Virus record (IMG/VR): IMGVR_UViG_3300025898_000005
Coordinates: 124-64,123 of that record
DNA: 64,000 bases
DNA from: a virus
Lineage: Duplodnaviria > Caudoviricetes
Reading direction: 5' to 3' (one strand)
In this document: piece after piece, positions 57,713-64,000 of the stretch
Numbering within the stretch: the stretch's first letter is position 1
Layout: every line of letters starts with the position of its first letter
Notes under the pieces: generated by a model
Told to the model about the DNA's origin: nothing
Seen by the model: only the letters and a program-made list of their open reading frames with translations
Databases searched by the model: none
Translations under genes and position numbers: made by a program

Positions 57713-59404
57713 ATGAGCGATATCATCACAGCTACAGAAACGAAAGCCGGCTTTCAGATCCGGTTCATATTCCGGGGAGATATTTACCGGGCCATCAAAG
57801 AGATAGATAAATCCTATTGGCTACCGAAAGAACGCGTCTGGGTAGTCCCTAAGCGCAAATCTGAAGAACTCAAACGGATAATGGCCCGCTTCAACAAGAC
57901 CGATTACGACAGTAATATGGTGGTCGGCGCCCAGATGGATATGATCGAGGAAGAAGCCTACATCGTGGATAAGACCATGCCGAAACTCACCATCGATATC
58001 CCCCTGCTGATGAAACTCCGACACTATCAGGAAGATGGGGTGGCCTATTCCCTGGAAAAACATAGTGTTTTGATGGGGGACCAGCAGGGCCTGGGGAAAT
58101 CTGGGACCGCCATCGCCACCGTGATCGCGGCCAATGCCTTTCCCTGCCTGATCATCTGCAAGTCCGCCCTGGCCACCAACTGGGAGAATGAAGTAAAACT
58201 TTGGAGTACGAAGAAGGCTGTCCGGTTCAATGATACCGTTAAACGGTCCTGGCCGGCACTCTTCCAGGTGGGATTTTGTGACTTCGGCATTGTATCTTAC
58301 GATTCCATAAAGAAATACTTCGTGCGGGGCATCCTGCCATACGACAAAACAAAGGAGGCTTTCCATACTAAACACATCGATCTTAGGCCGGAAGCCACCA
58401 TGTTTAAATCCGTGATCGTCGACGAAAGCCACCTTTGTAAAGATCCCACCACCCTGCGGACGAAGATGACTACCAAAATGTGCATGGGCCGCGATTATCG
58501 GTTCCTACTTTCAGGTACCCCTGTCCTGAATAATCCGGAAGAACTATTCCCCCAGCTGGTGATGCTGGGCAAAAGCCACCTTTTCGGAAAACCTGCGGAA
58601 TTCAAAGCCCTCTACGGGAAAGGGCCAAAGCAGCGGAAGGCGCTGCCTTACCTGAACCATCTACTACATAAACATTGCTATTTCCGGCGCCTGAAGTCGG
58701 AAGTGGCCAAAGAGATACCCCCGAAGACCAGGCAGGTGGTCCTGTGTGACATCGACAACCGGGAGGAATATGACGAAGCAAAGTACAACTTCCAGAAATT
58801 CCTGAAGGAACGCCTGAACATGACAGATGGAAAGATCGATAAGGCATTGAGGGCGGAAGCTCTTGTGCAAATAGGCCACCTGAAGCATCTGTCAGCCAAA
58901 GGGAAACTGCAGCATATTTACGAATGGATGGACAGCCTGGATGAAGAAGATGAAAAGGCGGTTATCTTTGCCTTTCATAAGGACATCCAGGAAGAACTTT
59001 ATCGGTATAAACCGGGGACCGTCCGGCTTTGCGGTACCGCCGCTCCGGACTTCCTGGCCAAAAGAAAGACGGCCTTCCAAACTGACCCGACCACAAAGCG
59101 GATCATCTGTAGTCTGATGGCGGATGCCGAAGGCCATACCCTGACAGCGGCCAGCAATCTGGCCATGTATGAACTACCCTGGCACTTCGGAAAGGCCGAA
59201 CAATGTGAAGACCGTATCCACCGTATCGGTACTATCTATCCGGTAACGATCAGTTACTTCCTGGGGGAAAATACCATCGATCGGAAGATTTATGATCTTA
59301 TTATGGAGAAAAAGGGCATACACGATGCCATTACCGGAACGGTAGATGATTCTGAAGAAAGTGTAAAAGACCTCCTTATAAACTCTTTATTTAACGAATT
59401 ATGA
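57713..59404 (+). CDS. SNF2-family DEAD/DEAH helicase
   Basis: DQQGLGKS, VDESH, LSGTP, EGHTLTAA, QCEDRIHRIG. Confidence 0.9.
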   Translation: MSDIITATETKAGFQIRFIFRGDIYRAIKEIDKSYWLPKERVWVVPKRKSEELKRIMARFNKTDYDSNMVVGAQMDMIEEEAYIVDKTMPKLTIDIPLLMKLRHYQEDGVAYSLEKHSVLMGDQQGLGKSGTAIATVIAANAFPCLIICKSALATNWENEVKLWSTKKAVRFNDTVKRSWPALFQVGFCDFGIVSYDSIKKYFVRGILPYDKTKEAFHTKHIDLRPEATMFKSVIVDESHLCKDPTTLRTKMTTKMCMGRDYRFLLSGTPVLNNPEELFPQLVMLGKSHLFGKPAEFKALYGKGPKQRKALPYLNHLLHKHCYFRRLKSEVAKEIPPKTRQVVLCDIDNREEYDEAKYNFQKFLKERLNMTDGKIDKALRAEALVQIGHLKHLSAKGKLQHIYEWMDSLDEEDEKAVIFAFHKDIQEELYRYKPGTVRLCGTAAPDFLAKRKTAFQTDPTTKRIICSLMADAEGHTLTAASNLAMYELPWHFGKAEQCEDRIHRIGTIYPVTISYFLGENTIDRKIYDLIMEKKGIHDAITGTVDDSEESVKDLLINSLFNEL

Positions 59405-59796
59405 AAGTCAACACCAAAGCATTGACAGCTTCCACCCGGGGAATCCGGGGGTTTATCGCAAAAAACAAACTCTACATTGACCGAGCCCGGGGATGGCTGG
59501 GTATTCCCCAGTACCTCATTCAAAGCCTCACCCTCATTGCGGCCGTTGGATATGCGGATTGGATAAAGCGGCATCCCCTCCTGGTCACGATCATAGGTAT
59601 GGGGATCATCCTGGCCCTGCTGATCATTGTAGGGTTGATCGAAAAGATCACCGGGATAGTGCAGGCCGAATACGGGAGGATATCCAGTTTGAGCCCCGTC
59701 TATCAGGACATTTTTTCGGAATTCGCTGAAATACGCAAACAGAATGAAGAAATAATTTCTTTACTTAAATCCCCCGCAGACAATGAAAAGAAATAA
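59401..59796 (+). CDS. Two-TM membrane protein
   Basis: Two hydrophobic segments. Confidence 0.6.
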   Translation: MKVNTKALTASTRGIRGFIAKNKLYIDRARGWLGIPQYLIQSLTLIAAVGYADWIKRHPLLVTIIGMGIILALLIIVGLIEKITGIVQAEYGRISSLSPVYQDIFSEFAEIRKQNEEIISLLKSPADNEKK

Positions 59797-59883
59797 ATTA
59801 TCCAAAGAATACCGGGATTTTAACTACGGTTGGATTCAAATAATTTTCGTGATCGCTCTTTTTTTAATTATTAAATATTTATT

Positions 59884-60213
59884 ATGAAACGATGCATTTT
59901 TGTTTTTGGGCTGGCCCTGGTGGTCGCCCCCGCTTTCTCCCAAGCCTTGGTGGCTCCGCACCCGGTCAAAAACTCCTGCACCGGCCAGTGGGCCATCCGC
60001 ATGGGCCCGCACACCTTCATGGGTAAGTTTCACTACCAAGGCACCAACAAGATGGATGCTGTCCACTACGGGCAGGAATTGAAGTTCCCCGATAGCGTGA
60101 CGGCCGCCAATGTGCTGAAGACAATCCCGGAACTGGTCGATTATGTCGCCGGCGCCCGGCATGAACGGGATCACCAGCATGACAGTATTCCCCATTGCCA
60201 CTATAACCAATAA
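59884..60213 (+). CDS. Small secreted protein
   Basis: MKRCIFVFGLALVVAPAFS|Q; DSV and DSI sequons. Confidence 0.6.
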   Translation: MKRCIFVFGLALVVAPAFSQALVAPHPVKNSCTGQWAIRMGPHTFMGKFHYQGTNKMDAVHYGQELKFPDSVTAANVLKTIPELVDYVAGARHERDHQHDSIPHCHYNQ

Positions 60214-60239
60214 CCCAGGAAACCACTAAATTAACTGCT

Positions 60240-60830
60240 ATGTACGATGACAACTACATCCATCCGTCCGCCATCATTGACCGGAATGTAAAACTGGGAT
60301 CCGGCAATCACATTGGGCCTTTTTGCGTGATAACCGGCAAAACCGTCATAGGGAATTGCAATCGCTTTGAAGGATTTTGTTCCATCGGCACGCCGCCGGA
60401 ACATCGGGAATACTGGGCCGGGAAATATGATGGCGGTGTGAAAATTGGGGATAACTGCACCATCCGGGAGTACGTCACGATCAATTCCGGGACCAAACAA
60501 GACACCATTGTCGGCGATGATGTGGTGATCCTCCGGGGCGCTCATGTAGGCCACGATGCCATCGTTTTAAGCAAAGCCACCATTTCCTGCAATGTATTGA
60601 TAGGGGGCCATGCGACAGTCGGCGCTCATGCTAATCTTGGCCTGGGCTGTATTATCCATCAAAACCAGACCATCGCCCGGGGCTGCATGATTGGGATGGG
60701 TGCCGTGGTCACGAAGAAACTGATCACCGAACCTTTTAAAACGTATGTGGGCAATCCTGCCCGCCTGCTGGGGGACAATACCAAACATCCGAATTACACC
60801 ATTTTCATGCAACAATACCCAGGCGAATGA
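60240..60830 (+). CDS. LpxA-like hexapeptide-repeat acyltransferase
   Basis: IHPSAII, IGPFCVI, IREYVTINSGT, AHVGHDA. Confidence 0.85.
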   Translation: MYDDNYIHPSAIIDRNVKLGSGNHIGPFCVITGKTVIGNCNRFEGFCSIGTPPEHREYWAGKYDGGVKIGDNCTIREYVTINSGTKQDTIVGDDVVILRGAHVGHDAIVLSKATISCNVLIGGHATVGAHANLGLGCIIHQNQTIARGCMIGMGAVVTKKLITEPFKTYVGNPARLLGDNTKHPNYTIFMQQYPGE

Positions 60831-61651
60831 GACCCCGCATAACTATATCGATGCCCTGCTATATGCGGCCCATCCGTACAGCAGCTGCGATTGAAAGCAT
60901 CCGCCGGCAGACGGTGGAGGATTTTGAAGCCTTCGTGATCGGGGACGGTTGTCCTTTCTACCGCAATACCTTGGGCGATGATCTCCGGTTCCGCTCCTTC
61001 AATACCGATGCAAATTATGGGGGGTGCGGCTATTATCAGACCAACTTTGCTATTCGGCATGCGACCGGCAAATACTTCGTCTTCCAGGGGAATGATGACC
61101 TGATCGACCCGAACCATTTCGAAAACTACCTTTCCGCCATCGAAGGGACGGACCTGGACTTCGTATGGTTTTCCCAGTACAAGGAAGCAGGCCAGGTCAA
61201 ACAGTTCAAACTAAAAAGCTGGAAGATTGGCCATTGCGCCCTGATCATCCGCACCGACTTCCTGAAGCAAATGCCGCCCCACGTTCCCGCCTATAACCAC
61301 GACTGGAACCTGATCGACAATATGATCAAAGCCGGCGCAAAGTACAAGCGGTGCGACAATAAGCCCACCTATCACTGCGATCCCTATAACTGGCGGTTCA
61401 CGGATATGGATGGGGATGCCGACAGCCGGGTACGAAAAAAGAAACACTTCCGGGAACGGATGCTGCAGAAACTGGGGGCATGCCTGGGAATCCTAATCGT
61501 AATCGGGCTGGCCCCGATCTGGATCCCGTTGAGTATTATTTTACTTTTTAAATCAATGTATTATGGGAAAGGAATGGATAATCTATATCGCCATCGTTAC
61601 ACCGATCGCGGGCGGTCTGATCTGGACACTTATAAAGAGAAAAACGGATGA
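60827..61651 (+). CDS. Glycosyltransferase, GT2 (GT-A) family, with C-terminal TM segment
   Basis: ISMPCY, SIRRQT, IGDG, ATGKYFVFQGNDD, HDW. Confidence 0.8.
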   Translation: MRPRITISMPCYMRPIRTAAAIESIRRQTVEDFEAFVIGDGCPFYRNTLGDDLRFRSFNTDANYGGCGYYQTNFAIRHATGKYFVFQGNDDLIDPNHFENYLSAIEGTDLDFVWFSQYKEAGQVKQFKLKSWKIGHCALIIRTDFLKQMPPHVPAYNHDWNLIDNMIKAGAKYKRCDNKPTYHCDPYNWRFTDMDGDADSRVRKKKHFRERMLQKLGACLGILIVIGLAPIWIPLSIILLFKSMYYGKGMDNLYRHRYTDRGRSDLDTYKEKNG

Positions 61652-61652
61652 A

Positions 61653-62231
61653 ATGAAAAATAAGATTCCCTTACTCCTGATCGCCATGTCTGCTATATTC
61701 ACGGCCCAGGGACAAACCAAAACCGATCAATGGATCAAAAAGATGGTCTTTGATGACTATTTCACGACAATCCAGCATACCGATAGCTTGGAAAAGAAAT
61801 TTAAACGGTTTCAGCGGATCATCCAGGATCAGGAATATATGCATCATAACCTGGAAAACGCTTTTTTTGAAGAACTGCTGGCCATTTATTCCAAAATAGA
61901 TAGCCTGGGAAAAAGGATAAAGGCCTTGGAGGACCGGCCTACCTTAATGTTTCACGAACCCAGTCTGATATTGCCGTCCTATCCGACCATCATCGGCAAG
62001 GACGCTTTATGGCTAAACCTGCAAAATACACTTTATTCGGTACCGCAGCCAACGACCATCTATTCCCTGGGCTTATCATCGGGTGGCGCTCCACCTACGT
62101 TGGATGGGCCCGCTTTTGCTCCTATCGGTTCAGGATATTGGATTCCGGCCGATACCATCGAATATAAATTCACTGACACCATCATGGGAGTGACCCGAAA
62201 GCCGGTCACGAAGTTAAAAAAGAAGAAGTGA
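61653..62231 (+). CDS. Secreted coiled-coil protein (may start at 61563)
   Basis: MKNKIPLLLIAMSAIFTAQG|Q; DSL twice and DTI twice. Confidence 0.55.
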   Translation: MKNKIPLLLIAMSAIFTAQGQTKTDQWIKKMVFDDYFTTIQHTDSLEKKFKRFQRIIQDQEYMHHNLENAFFEELLAIYSKIDSLGKRIKALEDRPTLMFHEPSLILPSYPTIIGKDALWLNLQNTLYSVPQPTTIYSLGLSSGGAPPTLDGPAFAPIGSGYWIPADTIEYKFTDTIMGVTRKPVTKLKKKK

Positions 62232-62352
62232 GGCGCCTGATCATTCCCGGCCTCCTGGTCCTGGCCACGGCCGGCGAATGCTGGTTCATCGGTGCGCCCA
62301 TCCTTTCCCTCTACGGGTGGGGTATTTATTTCCTTATTAAATTTCTGACGGC

Positions 62353-62670
62353 ATGAAAAAAGAAAAAAAGGAACCGGAAACAAAGATGGGGAAGCTCATG
62401 TGGTTTATCAATGAAATGGAAACCTTTCTGCATCCCCGGGTGGGCGAAGCCCTCAAAAAATATGTATGGGACGCCCGCACCGAAATGGCCCAGGAAGCAA
62501 AGGATCAGGTCTTCAGCAAGGAAATGCAGATCCTGGAACAGCTGCTGGAAAAATATCGGGCAGACATCCGATTATTTTACCGGGGGGGATATAATGGTCG
62601 ATTGTTATGGCACATGCGGCCCCTACTCAAAAAGATAATTGAACTGTATGGAGCCGATTCAGACCATTGA
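62353..62670 (+). CDS. Hypothetical protein
   Basis: Co-oriented ORF. Confidence 0.55.
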   Translation: MKKEKKEPETKMGKLMWFINEMETFLHPRVGEALKKYVWDARTEMAQEAKDQVFSKEMQILEQLLEKYRADIRLFYRGGYNGRLLWHMRPLLKKIIELYGADSDH

Positions 62671-62908
62671 ACAAATGCACCGGGAAACACTCCTGAAGGC
62701 CATAATTCGGGCCCGATCCATTCAGGAGATGTCCACCCTCATGGGCATCAGCACCCGTACCATAACCCGCTGGTTTCGCCGCTGGGGGATATCCTATGAC
62801 TGGGATCTTAAACAATATGTCATTATCGATAAAAACAAAAATATATGCCCTGTTCAAAGCCTAACTGCGATTGCGCCGCCCGACACGAAGCCGCCGGCGA
62901 AGATATGA
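62648..62908 (+). CDS. Fis-like HTH DNA-binding protein
   Basis: TIEQMHRETLLKAI...MGISTRTITRW. Confidence 0.65.
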   Translation: MEPIQTIEQMHRETLLKAIIRARSIQEMSTLMGISTRTITRWFRRWGISYDWDLKQYVIIDKNKNICPVQSLTAIAPPDTKPPAKI

Positions 62909-63207
62909 AAATCGGATATCCATGTCTTTATCCTGGCGACTGGCCACCAGCTGGTTTAACAAAATCAGATCCGCCAATGACCGGGAAGAAGGCCCTGGTG
63001 ATCCCGGAAAACTACCTGACCGCCGTCACGGAAATGCGCGAACTGCAGCGCCGGTTCTTCAATGGCGACCGGTCAGTGGTGGCCAGGGCAAAGAAATGTG
63101 AAGCCCAGGTCGATGCCCTAACCAATAAGATCCTTTCGGATGCCGGATGGACCCCCACCGAATGGGAACGACGGGCGCCGCCGGCCCAGCAGGGTGGACT
63201 TTTTTAA
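62905..63207 (+). CDS. Hypothetical protein
   Basis: VTEMRELQRRFF...AKKCEAQVD motif common in Bacteroidota phages. Confidence 0.6.
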   Translation: MKIGYPCLYPGDWPPAGLTKSDPPMTGKKALVIPENYLTAVTEMRELQRRFFNGDRSVVARAKKCEAQVDALTNKILSDAGWTPTEWERRAPPAQQGGLF

Positions 63208-63272
63208 TCCACAACCCGGGGAAATATTTGCACAGTTCGGACAGTTTCCGCATATTCGCAAATAATATACCC

Positions 63273-63370
63273 CCTCCGTATACATCGTGGCAGATGAATA
63301 CGGAGGTACTTTTCAGGACCCAAACCCTGAAATTACACCCCCGGTACTGCCACACTGGGGGTTTCCTTTT
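63273..63370 (+). promoter_or_regulatory. Three-hairpin leader / attenuator of the replication initiator with complementary loops
   Basis: Loops GTGGCA (63287-63292) and ACTGCCAC (63346-63353); the last hairpin is followed by a T-rich tract. Confidence 0.65.
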
Positions 63371-63386
63371 ACCCAATACCGATTAT

Positions 63387-64000
63387 ATGGCCCTCCGGGA
63401 TCAGCCCTACTTGCCGTTATTTATAAAGGATTTTGTCACCGATGAAAAGTTGATTCACTGTTCACCGGCCGCACACGGAATTATGATCCGGCTGATGTGT
63501 CTTTTGCATAAAGAAGAGGTCTATGGAAAACTTTTGCTGCATCAAAAATATAAGCAAAACGGCAGCAAAATAACCGCTTCATTTGCCCTTCAACTTGCCA
63601 AACATTTCCCCTTCGATTCAATCGATATTGAGGCAGGATTGGATGAACTGTTCGCGGCCGATGTAATTCAAATTCGGGGCAACGTACTAAGTCAAAAACG
63701 AATGGTCCGGGACGGCGATATCAGCGACAAACGGGCATCTGCGGGGAAAACAGGCGGCAAAAAGACTTCAGAAAAAAACAAAGAATTTGCTACACATTTT
63801 GCTACAGCAAAAACCCAAGCAAATACTGAAAGTGAAATTGAAAGTGGTATTACTGTATTAAATAATAAAGGAGGGACAAAAAAAACAGCGCCGGTCATCG
63901 AATTGGAATTCGACAAGAAAATCCCCTTTGAAAAATTTTGGACTACCTATGACAAAAAAGTGGGCGACAAGAAAAAACTGATGCCGAAGTGGGATCAGTT
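63387..64000 (+). CDS. Phage replication initiator, N-terminal part (continues at 1..246; about 281 aa in total)
   Basis: MALRDQPYLPLFIKDFVTDEKL...FEKFWTTYDKKVGDKKK; resembles phage replisome-organiser proteins; directly upstream of a DnaC-like ATPase. Confidence 0.8.
   Translation, partial: MALRDQPYLPLFIKDFVTDEKLIHCSPAAHGIMIRLMCLLHKEEVYGKLLLHQKYKQNGSKITASFALQLAKHFPFDSIDIEAGLDELFAADVIQIRGNVLSQKRMVRDGDISDKRASAGKTGGKKTSEKNKEFATHFATAKTQANTESEIESGITVLNNKGGTKKTAPVIELEFDKKIPFEKFWTTYDKKVGDKKKLMPKWDQ
63987..64000. repeat. Terminal overlap identical to bases 1-14 (AAGTGGGATCAGTT); circular or circularly permuted genome
   Basis: Exact 14-nt match to the window start, and the ORF from 63387 continues in frame into 1..246. 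Confidence 0.9.

Overview
The window is almost certainly one complete, circular phage genome of about 63,986 bp: bases 63987-64000 repeat bases 1-14, and the replication-initiator ORF reads in frame across that junction. It is a contractile-tailed (myovirus) phage with a Mu-like head and baseplate module but a PBSX-type terminase. The host is probably Bacteroidota, based on TAnnTTTG promoters, A-rich translation starts without Shine-Dalgarno sequences, and signal peptides cleaving before Gln. Gene order: replication/early genes (46.0-64.0 kb, wrapping to 8.2 kb), packaging and head (8.3-21.2 kb) interrupted by small cassettes with their own promoters and terminators, tail and baseplate (21.2-31 kb), fibre-position genes (31-39.7 kb), lysis (39.7-41.7 kb), then a collagen-like fibre and a glycosyltransferase (42.3-46 kb). 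I recognised no integrase, tRNA, CRISPR array or reverse transcriptase. The main signals are: (1) the fibre-position genes and the gene after the capsid carry Sec signal peptides and many Bacteroidota O-glycosylation sequons D-(S/T)-x, suggesting virion appendages matured in the periplasm and glycosylated by the host; (2) a C5 methyltransferase gene uses all three forward frames, including an HNH endonuclease nested inside it with no intron or intein while the host frame stays open; (3) a probable portal-MuF frameshift fusion at an A11 run; (4) a kissing-loop leader before the replication initiator and two other candidate structured RNAs; (5) a TAnnTTTA-N5-ATG motif at late genes. All family assignments come from motif recognition by eye; no database searches were run.
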